Assembly: GCA_023150835.1 (NCBI GenBank)
Contig: JAKLKB010000017.1
Location: forward strand, 108,587 to 128,586
DNA: 20,000 nt
From: Myxococcota bacterium
GTDB taxonomy: Bacteria > Myxococcota_C > UBA6777
Reading direction: 5' to 3'
This document shows, piece after piece, positions 1 to 8,085 of this stretch. How positions within the stretch are numbered: the stretch's first letter is position 1; each line of letters starts with the position of its first letter. A program made the translations under genes and the position numbers. Below the pieces are notes generated by a model that worked only from the letters and a program-made list of their open reading frames with translations, searched no databases and had not been told where the DNA came from.

Positions 1-2
1 TT

Positions 3-1190
3 TATCGTGTCTTTGGGGGGGTTCATGGTGAACGCGGCGACTTTGTGTATTTTGTTCGGCAGCTTGGGTATGGTTTGGGGCCTTGGTTGGCTTTTTTGCC
101 GATGGGGTTGTTTGGTGTGGCGCGTTTTCGCGGGGGTGATGCGATGCAAGGGGGACTCTCTGTCCACGAGCAACTGCGGCGCTTTTTGTTGTCATGGTGG
201 TTTGTCACCTTTGTTTTTCTGACGTTATCACAGACAAAGTTCCATCATTATGTCTTTCCCGTGATCCCGATCAGCGCCATCTTGATCGCTTTGTGGATCG
301 ATCGCTATTTGAGCGAGCCTTTTGATACAACCCAACGCTTCGCTTTGATCGCGATCTTCGGGATCTTGGCGATGGTGATGCGAGACTTTATCCACGAACC
401 CAAGAGCCTTGTGAATCTGTTTGTGTACAAATATGAACGTGCGTATCCTGCGGCAGATACGGCTTTATGGAGCATCGATGGGATATTGCAGAGCTTGGGT
501 CTCAAAACCAAGACGGGAAATTCTTGGGCGTTAACACCTGCGTTTGTTTTTCGCAATCTGTTTGTTCTGTTTGGTTTTGCCCTTGCTGTCGGCTTTTTTT
601 ATGAGATGCGCAAGGCGGCGATCGCTTTGTTTTGCGCTGCGGCTTTGTTGTTGACGATCTACAACACACACGTGTTTCTGGTGCGATTGAGCCAGCATTG
701 GTCGCAAAAGCCGTTGTTTGAGACGCTGCAAAAACACAGTCCGCTATGGAAGCGCCTTCTTTCCGACAAAAACATCGACGCTCGCCAGCATCCGATCCCC
801 GAAGAGCCGCTGTTTGCGTTCAAAATGAATTGGCGTGGTGAACAGTTTTACGCCTTAAACCACGACCTTCAGATCATGGGAACGAACGCTTATGCCCGTC
901 TTTACGACGCGATCCAACGCCACCGACGCCCGGGACGCCCTGTGTTTTTCTTGACCGAAGCCGAGCGTTTCGATCAACTCAAACGCGGTGTCGGATCGTA
1001 CGATGCGTCTCTCCTGCGCGTCATCGACAAATCCAACAACAAATACATCTTGGTCAAGCTTCTCCCCCGCAATGCCTCTGCCCCTCTTGACCTCCAACGC
1101 CTCGAACGCGACAAACGAAATCGCGAATATTACGACAATTGGGTGCGCGATTGGCAGAAAAAGCAGCGTTTGAAAAATCAAAAAAAATAA
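3..1190 (+). CDS. ArnT/PMT-like (GT39/GT83) membrane glycosyltransferase, C-terminal part (5' truncated by window edge)
   Basis: Frame open from window start (YRVFGGVHGERGDFVYFVRQLGYG...). Multiple TM helices and SQTKFHHYVFP, matching the ArnT-type xKxxHYxxP motif, followed by a soluble C-terminal domain. Confidence 0.75.
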   Translation, partial: YRVFGGVHGERGDFVYFVRQLGYGLGPWLAFLPMGLFGVARFRGGDAMQGGLSVHEQLRRFLLSWWFVTFVFLTLSQTKFHHYVFPVIPISAILIALWIDRYLSEPFDTTQRFALIAIFGILAMVMRDFIHEPKSLVNLFVYKYERAYPAADTALWSIDGILQSLGLKTKTGNSWALTPAFVFRNLFVLFGFALAVGFFYEMRKAAIALFCAAALLLTIYNTHVFLVRLSQHWSQKPLFETLQKHSPLWKRLLSDKNIDARQHPIPEEPLFAFKMNWRGEQFYALNHDLQIMGTNAYARLYDAIQRHRRPGRPVFFLTEAERFDQLKRGVGSYDASLLRVIDKSNNKYILVKLLPRNASAPLDLQRLERDKRNREYYDNWVRDWQKKQRLKNQKK

Positions 1191-1227
1191 GGCGGAAACC
1201 TCGAAGGATGGCGGTGTGTTCTCGATA

Positions 1228-1288
1228 CCCCTCACCCCCCCCGACCCCACCTCTCCCCGCGACGCTGCGCTGCGGGGCGAGGGGGGAG
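1228..1288. repeat. REP-like GC-rich palindrome (CCCCTCACCCC...CTCTCCCCGC-loop-GCGGGGCGAG)
   Basis: 9/10-bp stem preceded by a C-rich tract, between convergent genes. Same architecture as the hairpin at 7830-7869. Confidence 0.55.
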
Positions 1289-1516
1289 AAAAAAACGAAA
1301 CGACCCCGTGTTGGACTCTGTGGGCGATGGTGTTTCATCGCGCTCCTCGATGAAAATAAGCACAAGCACGAAGAAAAAACTGCGGTGCATCCGAGCGTTT
1401 GATTTTTTTGATCGTGCTTATGCGTAGGCGGGAGCGCTATCAAGCCAGCAACGATGCTGCTTGGAAGGGTGCGAACGCGGGATTTGGGAGCAACAACGAA
1501 AGCAGCGTTGCAAGGC

Positions 1517-2050
1517 TCAGGAGCGGGGCCGAAGGCACAAGGCGGCCTTAGAGAAGGGGGTTTCTTGTCGGATCACAAGTCCTTCGGGAGTCATCTGCGT
1601 GTGTTGTACGAGTTCTAAGCCTTGCCAAGGAAGAAAATACGTGGCTGCGTCATCTTCTTTGTCTACAAACCCGTGGCCTTTCCAAGGTGATCTCCACCAC
1701 AAAAAGGGGAAGTAGCCTTGTTTTCCGCTGACGTCGAAGGTATAGCCATCTTCTTTGAGGTGGATGGTTTCTAGGCTGCGAAACAGGGTGATGCCGCCGA
1801 ATGAAAGCTGTGTGATGTGGAAGACCTCGTTGTGCTGGCCTCGGCTTGTGTAATCCATCAGGGTCGAAAAAGTGGGGAGCCTGTTTTGGCGGCAAAAAGA
1901 GTCGAGAAGCCGAAGCGTTTGTTTTTCTTTCCACCGCAAGGAGCTTGTACGAAGGCCCTCAGGATCGGTGATCTCAAGCTGAAAGGGACTCCACCAACGT
2001 CCCTGTTTGGCTTGAAAATAGCGGTGGTGTGGCGGAAGTGTGTTTGTCAA
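1517..2050 (-). CDS. Hypothetical protein, beta-strand rich
   Basis: 177-aa ORF with TTG start and AAGGAG RBS, 28 bp downstream of the acyl-CoA ligase stop on the same strand. Confidence 0.75.
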   Translation of the reverse strand: MTNTLPPHHRYFQAKQGRWWSPFQLEITDPEGLRTSSLRWKEKQTLRLLDSFCRQNRLPTFSTLMDYTSRGQHNEVFHITQLSFGGITLFRSLETIHLKEDGYTFDVSGKQGYFPFLWWRSPWKGHGFVDKEDDAATYFLPWQGLELVQHTQMTPEGLVIRQETPFSKAALCLRPRS

Positions 2051-2078
2051 GGCACGCTCCTTGGTGGGTGGGAGCAGA

Positions 2079-3878
2079 TCAGTCGTCTAGGCCGGCGTAG
2101 AAGGCTTCGATCTCGGCAGCATATTTTTCGTTGACGACGCGGCGTTTGATCTTTTGGGTGGGGGTGAGTTCGCCGCCTTCGATGGTAAAGTCGACGGGCA
2201 GGAGTGTGAATTTGCGGATGCTTTCGTAGCGTGCGAGGCTTTCGTTGGCTTTTTTCACCTCTGCATCGACGTATTGGATGAAGTCGTTGTGTTTGGCGAG
2301 TTGTTGAAGATCCGAGGGCCAACCGCGCTCTGCGGCCAATTTGGGCGCACGCTCGGGATCGAGCGTAAGCAAGGCCGCCATAAACTTGCGGCGGTCGCCG
2401 ATCGCTACTGCTTGACCGATGCCATCGATCTGGCGCAAGAGTTTTTCGATATTTTGTGGGGCGACGTTTTTTCCGCCAGCGGTGATGATCAAGTCTTTTT
2501 TGCGGTCGGTGATGCGGAGGAATCCATCGCTGTCGAACTCGCCGATATCGCCCGAATGCAGCCATCCGTTGTTGAGTGTTTCGCTCGTGGCTTCGGGGCT
2601 TTTGTAATATCCCATAAAGACGTTATCGCCTTTGAAGATGATCTCGCCGTCTTCGGCGATCTTGACTTCGACGTCGGGAAAGGGTCGTCCGACCGTTCCG
2701 AGCTTGGTCCAACCGGGTTTGGGGCGATTGAACGTGGTGGGTCCCGTGCCTTCGGATTGTCCGTAGACTTCGTGGATGGGGATACCGATCGACAAGAAGA
2801 ATTCGAGGACGTCAAGGCCGATAGGAGCAGCGCCGACGACCGCAACACGCAGCCGATCCAAGCCGAGGCCCGCGTGGATCTTACCGAGGATGCGGCTTGC
2901 AAGTTTGAACTGGAGGCCCAAGACGCCGCTCGGTGCGCCGTGTTGGAGCTTGTGGTAGCCCGCTTTGAGGGCGACTCCCCGCGCCCAACCGAGCAGCAGC
3001 TTTTTGATCCCCTTGGCTTCGGCAAACTTGCCTTCAAGCGCGGTTTTGAATTTTTCCCATACACGCGGAACACCGAGAAAGATCGTCGGTCGTGCTTTGG
3101 TCAGTGCATCGCGGATCTGTTTGAGGTCGGCGCAGAAATAGGCCGGACTACCCGCCGAAAGAGGAACGTGGATCGTGAACATCTGCTCGGCGATGTGCGA
3201 CAGCGGAAGATAAGAGACGTTGCAATCGTTTCCGTCCAATCCACCGACCAGATCAACGGCTTTCCCAGCGGTGAATGCAAGGTTGCGTTGGCTGAGCATG
3301 ACGCCTTTGGGGGGGCCTGTGGTGCCGCTGGTGTAGATCAGCGTCGCAAGGTCGTTGTAGTCGATGCTGTCGACGCGCTTGTGGACTTCATCGGCTTTTT
3401 CATCGCCTTCTTTTAAGAAGTCTTCAAAGGAGACGACTTTTTCGTGTTTGATCTTGTCGGCGTCACGGATCATCACAAAGCGCTGAACGGCTTTGAGATC
3501 CTTGAGGATGGGGGCCACCGAAGCGTCCCACAGCTTTTTGCTTTCGATCACAAACACGATGGCTTCGCAGTGATTGACGATGTAGGCGGTTTGTTCGGGG
3601 GTGCTGGTTTGATAGACGCCTGCGGGTACGCCGCGAACCATCATGGCTCCGACATCGGCGATCACCCATTCAGGGCAGTTGTCGCCCATGATTGTCACAG
3701 CCCCACCGGGCTTGTGGCCGTATTTGATCAAGGCCCCACCGAATTTTTGGCACTGATCCCAGTATTCTTTCCATGTGATCATGCGCCATGCGTTGCCGGC
3801 TTGGCCGTATAATGCGGGCTGATTTGCTGATTTTTGTGCGTGCGCTCGAAAGCGGTCGATGACTGTATCGCGGGCCAC
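2079..3878 (-). CDS. fadD: Long-chain fatty acid--CoA ligase (AMP-dependent synthetase, FadD15/FAA1-like)
   Basis: Motifs IYTSGTTGPPKG, YGQSE, GWLHSGDIG, RKKDLIITAGGKNVAP, LTPTQKIKR. AAGGAG RBS before GTG. Confidence 0.93.
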   Translation of the reverse strand: MARDTVIDRFRAHAQKSANQPALYGQAGNAWRMITWKEYWDQCQKFGGALIKYGHKPGGAVTIMGDNCPEWVIADVGAMMVRGVPAGVYQTSTPEQTAYIVNHCEAIVFVIESKKLWDASVAPILKDLKAVQRFVMIRDADKIKHEKVVSFEDFLKEGDEKADEVHKRVDSIDYNDLATLIYTSGTTGPPKGVMLSQRNLAFTAGKAVDLVGGLDGNDCNVSYLPLSHIAEQMFTIHVPLSAGSPAYFCADLKQIRDALTKARPTIFLGVPRVWEKFKTALEGKFAEAKGIKKLLLGWARGVALKAGYHKLQHGAPSGVLGLQFKLASRILGKIHAGLGLDRLRVAVVGAAPIGLDVLEFFLSIGIPIHEVYGQSEGTGPTTFNRPKPGWTKLGTVGRPFPDVEVKIAEDGEIIFKGDNVFMGYYKSPEATSETLNNGWLHSGDIGEFDSDGFLRITDRKKDLIITAGGKNVAPQNIEKLLRQIDGIGQAVAIGDRRKFMAALLTLDPERAPKLAAERGWPSDLQQLAKHNDFIQYVDAEVKKANESLARYESIRKFTLLPVDFTIEGGELTPTQKIKRRVVNEKYAAEIEAFYAGLDD

Positions 3879-4273
3879 TTCCCTCTCCTTTGTGGTTTAC
3901 GTGATGTATTTGCCCTGTGATGGGGGCGTTTGCGATCGCCGTCCATCGGTGCGGATTCCATCCCGACACAGGCAGGGGTGTTGCGAGGCGGTGAACCAAG
4001 CGAACGTCCTGTTGGCGCTCAGTACAAGCAACGAGATCACAGGTTGCGTATAAGCCGCTTTGTATTGATGATCCATGCGGCTTCCCTCAAGGGCCTTATC
4101 GTATGCAATTCGCCGAAACAAGCAACCTTCTTTTTTGTGATGGGGTGTGTGCTTTGTTTGCGGCGTGGTGCGTACGATCGAGGCATAGCGTGTGCAGGAG
4201 GGCGCAGCATGGACGCCGAGAGGCGCGGGTGATGGAAGTGCTTTGGAATGTGCGGATGGAAGGGAGATATCGG

Positions 4274-5572
4274 ATGTCATTGAAGCAGTGGGTAAGACAA
4301 GCGCGTGGGGTGCAAGCGAGTGATCTGCATTTGGAAGCGGGGATGCCGTTGATGGTGCGAGTGCGTGGGCAGTTGCAGCCGATCGGAGGGGCGATTGGAG
4401 GGGCTGCGTTGTTGGAGGCGGCGCGTGGGTTGTTGGGGGAGGCGTGGCCGTTATTTTTACAGCAGCGATCGTACGATCTGGCCCAAACCATCGGCGGAGT
4501 GCGTTGTCGCGTCAACGTGTTACAAAGTGTGCGGGGAGTGGGGTTTGCGATCCGACTGATGTCTGCGCAACAACCGACGGTTGAGAGCTTGAATCTGCAC
4601 CCCGTGTTGCGTGAGATCGCGGCCTTGCCGCACGGATTGGTGTTGGTGTCAGGCCCCACAGGAAGCGGCAAGTCTTCGACTTTGGCGGCGATGGTGCAGG
4701 AGATTAACGTGCATCGGGCGTGTCATATTGTCACGATCGAACATCCGATCGAGTTCTTCTTGTCGCCTGTGCGATCGTTGATCAGGCAGCGCGAAGTGGG
4801 GCGAGACACGCCTTCGGTGGAGCGCGCATTGATCGATGCGATGCGCGAAGATCCCGACGTGTTGATGGTGGGGGAGATGCGCGATCCCGAGACCATGCGG
4901 CAGACCCTCAATGCTGCAGAGACCGGCCATCTGGTGTTTGCGACAGTTCATTCCTCAAGCTGCGCAGAAGCTTTACAACGCCTTGTCTCGGCTTTTTCTC
5001 CTGAGATCCAAGCGGGTGTGCGTACGCAGTTGGCGGATTGTTTGCAGGCGGTGGTCTGCCAACGCCTGTTGTATCGGGAAGATCTGGATCTGCGCGTTCC
5101 TGAATGTGAGATCATCCGAGGTTCTTCTGCGGTGCGCAATCTTGTGCGCGAAGGGCAATTTTTCAAGCTGCTTTCTGTTATGGAAACGGGGGCGCGTGAG
5201 GGGATGTGGAGCTTTGAGCGTTATCGCGCTTGGCTCTTGCAACGTACGCAATGGTCATGGCCGCAAGCACAAGATGAAGCGAGTCTTTCTGTGGACGACG
5301 AGATCGGGGCTTATGCCTTGCCATCGTTGTCTTTCTCGGATGGTGCGGGGCCTGCCAAGCCGCTCGGAAACCTCCATCACACCGAGGCAAACGCTACTTC
5401 TCCTGCTCCGCCTGCAACCAAAACACCGTACATGGGCGGAGGACGGGTCTCTCGGATTTCTCACTCCCCACCGTCTCCACACAAGTCCACCGACGAAGAG
5501 GACGAAGTCATCGAGATCCAAGCTCTCGATGACGACTTGAATTCGCTGATTAAGGCGCTCGAAAAACGCTGA
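4274..5572 (+). CDS. pilT: PilT/PilU family type IV pilus ATPase
   Basis: ASDLHL, Walker A GPTGSGKS, Asp box TIEHPIE, Walker B DPDVLMVGEMRD, His box TGHLVFATVH, AVRNLVRE. Start placed at ATG 4274 after GGGAG; ORF is open from 4103. Confidence 0.88.
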   Translation: MSLKQWVRQARGVQASDLHLEAGMPLMVRVRGQLQPIGGAIGGAALLEAARGLLGEAWPLFLQQRSYDLAQTIGGVRCRVNVLQSVRGVGFAIRLMSAQQPTVESLNLHPVLREIAALPHGLVLVSGPTGSGKSSTLAAMVQEINVHRACHIVTIEHPIEFFLSPVRSLIRQREVGRDTPSVERALIDAMREDPDVLMVGEMRDPETMRQTLNAAETGHLVFATVHSSSCAEALQRLVSAFSPEIQAGVRTQLADCLQAVVCQRLLYREDLDLRVPECEIIRGSSAVRNLVREGQFFKLLSVMETGAREGMWSFERYRAWLLQRTQWSWPQAQDEASLSVDDEIGAYALPSLSFSDGAGPAKPLGNLHHTEANATSPAPPATKTPYMGGGRVSRISHSPPSPHKSTDEEDEVIEIQALDDDLNSLIKALEKR

Positions 5573-5577
5573 GAAGA

Positions 5578-7410
5578 TCAAGGCTTGGTCAGGGCGCGTT
5601 GCAAGAGGTCGCAGCGGTCGGTGCGTACGCCTTGGAGCATGGCAAGCGGTTCGTCGAGTTGTAGGGCGTTGTCTTTTTGTGGATCGTAGGCATTCCACGC
5701 AAAGGCTGGTAGTGTCGGCCCGTTGGGGTCTTTGTGTAGGGCGAGGCGGCTCCAATAGCGCATCATGTCGTTGGATATCTTGAGGTCGGTGGGGTCGGGC
5801 GTGAACAGCGGGATATCGATCAGGCTTTGGAAGACATACAACAATTCGATGCCGTGGGCTGCCTTGCCTTCGCGGTTGGGGAGTTTGGGTCGGCGGGAGA
5901 AGAAATACCGCCAGACCGAGGCTTGTTGGTTTTGTGCGAGGTTTTTGGTGAGGACGCGGGTGGGGCAAGTGAAGGCCAGATCCGTCAGCAGATCGACCAA
6001 CGCATCGCGTGGTGTCGGATACTTGCCTGCATCGTACATCTTGAGGATGGCGTCGATATCGGTAGGACTGGCCGTTTTGAGCAGGTTTTTGACGTACGTT
6101 TCGTAGGCGGCTTGGGTGGGAACTTGGATGGTGGGAGACAGCAAAGACTCGTATTCATCGGCGTTCGAGCCGATCACAACGGGGACTGCGTTATGTTCTT
6201 TGGCGAGGATGGTTTGTGTGGGGTGTTTGAGAAAGGCGTATCCGTCGATGATCGGGCCATAATCGCGGTCGGTTCCTCCAAATTCAAGGCGCGTGATGGC
6301 GATATCTGCGGGGAAGATCTGGGCGATCTCGCTGGCATCTTTGCCTCGCAAACAAGCGAGGCGATCCGCTGCGTCTTTGCAATTGCTTTGATCGAGTCGT
6401 TTCGTTCCGTTGGCTTCGGCGATCTTGGATTCGACGGCTCCACACCCACCGCTTTGCATCAAAGCCGCGTGAAACAGGCCCTTTGAGAGAGGCGACGCAA
6501 GATGGGCGCAGACGTTCACGGCCCCTGCGGACTCACCAAAGATCATCACTTGATCGGGATCCCCACCAAAGGCGAGGATCTGTTGTTGAACCCATCGCAG
6601 CGCAAAGACTTGATCCAAAAAGCCGTAGTTTCCGGACGTTTTGTGAGGGGATTCTTTGGCGAGTTCGGGTAAGGCCAGATAACCGAGTGCTGCGAGGCGG
6701 TAGTTGATCGTGACGACGACAACATTGTGCTGTTTGGCGAGATGTTTTCCGTTGTAGATCAAAACGCTGCCGAGGTTGGTTTCGCTGCTTGCGCCTTGGA
6801 CGTTTCCGCCACCGTGTATGAAAAACATCACAGGTCGGGGCTGTTGGGGCGTGGCTTGGGCGGGCCGCCAGATGTTCAGGGTCAAGCAGTCTTCCGCGCC
6901 GCTGCTGCGGTTGGTTCGGATATCCACTTGGGCGCAAGCACTTCCAAAAGAAGCCGAGGGGCGGATCTCTTTCCAACATGCGGGAGGTTGGGGAGCCTTC
7001 CAACGCAATGCACCGAGCGGCGGGGCCGCATAAGGGATGCCTTTGTAGCTCCACACGCCGTCCTCTTGTGAACCGCGCACCGTCCCGTAAGTCATCGCGA
7101 TATCGCCGTCTTGTTCGGGCTTGGTCGTTTGGCAAGTGATCGTGTCAGGTGTGGTTTCTGCTGTCGCCTCAGGAGATATCTCAGGCGTGGTTTCTGCTGT
7201 TGCTTCGGGGGATATCTCAGCGGTGGTTTCTGCCGTTGTTTCGGTGGCATCGGGGGATGCTTCTTGTGTTTTCTCGATGTCCGAATCAGACACGATCTCT
7301 TCGCTGCCATCGGGCTGTGGCGTACTTTGTGGGCATCCGATCTGTGTCGATACAAGCCACGCCAAGCAGAGCGCCAAGGCCAGCGAGGGCCTCCAATCCA
7401 TACGAAACAT
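5578..7410 (-). CDS. Type-B carboxylesterase (PnbA-like), predicted lipoprotein
   Basis: GIPYAAPP, EDCLTLNIW, HGGG oxyanion hole, GESAG nucleophile, GSNADE, AAHGIEL. Signal peptide ends QIGC. Start ATG 7410 with AGAAAGG RBS. Confidence 0.92.
   Translation of the reverse strand: MFRMDWRPSLALALCLAWLVSTQIGCPQSTPQPDGSEEIVSDSDIEKTQEASPDATETTAETTAEISPEATAETTPEISPEATAETTPDTITCQTTKPEQDGDIAMTYGTVRGSQEDGVWSYKGIPYAAPPLGALRWKAPQPPACWKEIRPSASFGSACAQVDIRTNRSSGAEDCLTLNIWRPAQATPQQPRPVMFFIHGGGNVQGASSETNLGSVLIYNGKHLAKQHNVVVVTINYRLAALGYLALPELAKESPHKTSGNYGFLDQVFALRWVQQQILAFGGDPDQVMIFGESAGAVNVCAHLASPLSKGLFHAALMQSGGCGAVESKIAEANGTKRLDQSNCKDAADRLACLRGKDASEIAQIFPADIAITRLEFGGTDRDYGPIIDGYAFLKHPTQTILAKEHNAVPVVIGSNADEYESLLSPTIQVPTQAAYETYVKNLLKTASPTDIDAILKMYDAGKYPTPRDALVDLLTDLAFTCPTRVLTKNLAQNQQASVWRYFFSRRPKLPNREGKAAHGIELLYVFQSLIDIPLFTPDPTDLKISNDMMRYWSRLALHKDPNGPTLPAFAWNAYDPQKDNALQLDEPLAMLQGVRTDRCDLLQRALTKP
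7145..7252. repeat. 36-bp coding tandem repeat (~3 copies) encoding EISPEATAETTP linker
   Basis: Units 7145-7180, 7181-7216 and degenerate 7217-7252. Confidence 0.85.
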
Positions 7411-7430
7411 CGTTGTAATTCCTTTCTTCT

Positions 7431-7555
7431 CAGAAGTGATACGATATCCGAGTGATCTGTGATCGAAGGAGAGCGCGAAGACGCCCTGTGCTTGGGCAGC
7501 CACACCTGTCTGCCCCTACATTTTTACGATCACGCAACGGGCGGATTTCGTATGA
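7431..7555 (-). repeat. GTAG-REP-containing module (family E), copy 1
   Basis: Reverse complement aligns with 9245-9364 (CGAAATCCGCCC...GATCGTAA...GTAGGGGCAG...TGTGGCTGCCCAAG...CGATCAC...CGGATATCGTAT). Confidence 0.85.
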
Positions 7556-7671
7556 TGCGGACTGTTGGAGGGTATCTGTGAGGATTTGACCCGCGTCCCA
7601 TCCGTCGATCCGCCAAAATCAGCGGGTTATCGATCATCGGCAAGGCTTCTTGTTCGGTTGAGCGGTTTGGT

Positions 7672-7804
7672 TGATCTTCGGCAAGGAAGCCGTGATCGCG
7701 AACGTCCAAGCGACAGAGTCGTTGTGTTGAAAACCTGTGCTGTCTTCGCCAAATACGGGGTCCATAGAGCCGCACTCCCTTGTGGGGTGTGGGGTGAAAC
7801 CCCA
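7672..7804 (+). repeat. Dispersed repeat (family A), copy 1, ending in TGGGG-loop-CCCCA hairpin
   Basis: Aligns with 9371-9505. Shared blocks CAAGCGACAG, TTGAAAA, TCTTCGCCAA, TACGGGGTC, TCCCTTG, GTGGGGTG..ACCCCA. Confidence 0.8.
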
Positions 7805-8022
7805 TAGGCGTTAGGTTAAGCGCTTGTTGGCCCCCCACCCCAGCCCTCCCCCGTGAACAGGGGAGGGAGCGAAAGTCGGAAGCAGCGGGGATGTTGTTTT
7901 TTCGTGACGCACGCTGTATGCACGAGACGCAGACGCTACGTTCACGGGGGGATTGAGGGGGGGCCAACACCCAAAACGGCGATCATCCTCGACCCTCCGG
8001 TGTTTCCACCTTAACCTAGCGC
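7805..8022. mobile_element. MITE-like non-autonomous element (family C), complete copy
   Basis: Terminal inverted repeats GCGTTAGGTTAAG (7808-7820) and CTTAACCTAGCGC (8010-8022), 12/13 match. Flanked by a perfect 18-bp direct repeat (7787-7804, 8023-8040). Near-identical second copy from 19866. Confidence 0.75.
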
Positions 8023-8085
8023 GTGTGGGGTGAAACCCCACAAAATAAATTGGAACGGTGTAAGTCCTAGGAAAAGGAGAACGAG

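Noticed and set aside
1245-1296. Rho-independent terminator
   Set aside because: The hairpin is followed by an A tract on plus and has no U tract downstream on either strand; treated as a REP-like palindrome.
2154-3416. 420-aa plus-strand ORF
   Set aside because: Antisense shadow of the acyl-CoA ligase; no motifs.
4103-4273. N-terminal extension of PilT in the ORF track
   Set aside because: No family similarity; better RBS and domain start at 4274.
7411-7503. Upstream GTG start for the carboxylesterase
   Set aside because: Lies inside the family E repeat and would bury the signal peptide; the RBS supports 7410.
7530-7970. 146-aa ORF (and similar ORFs 9139-9501, 19754-19975) as a transposase or repeat-encoded protein
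   Set aside because: They span several unrelated repeat modules, frames are not conserved between copies, and there are no HUH/DDE motifs.
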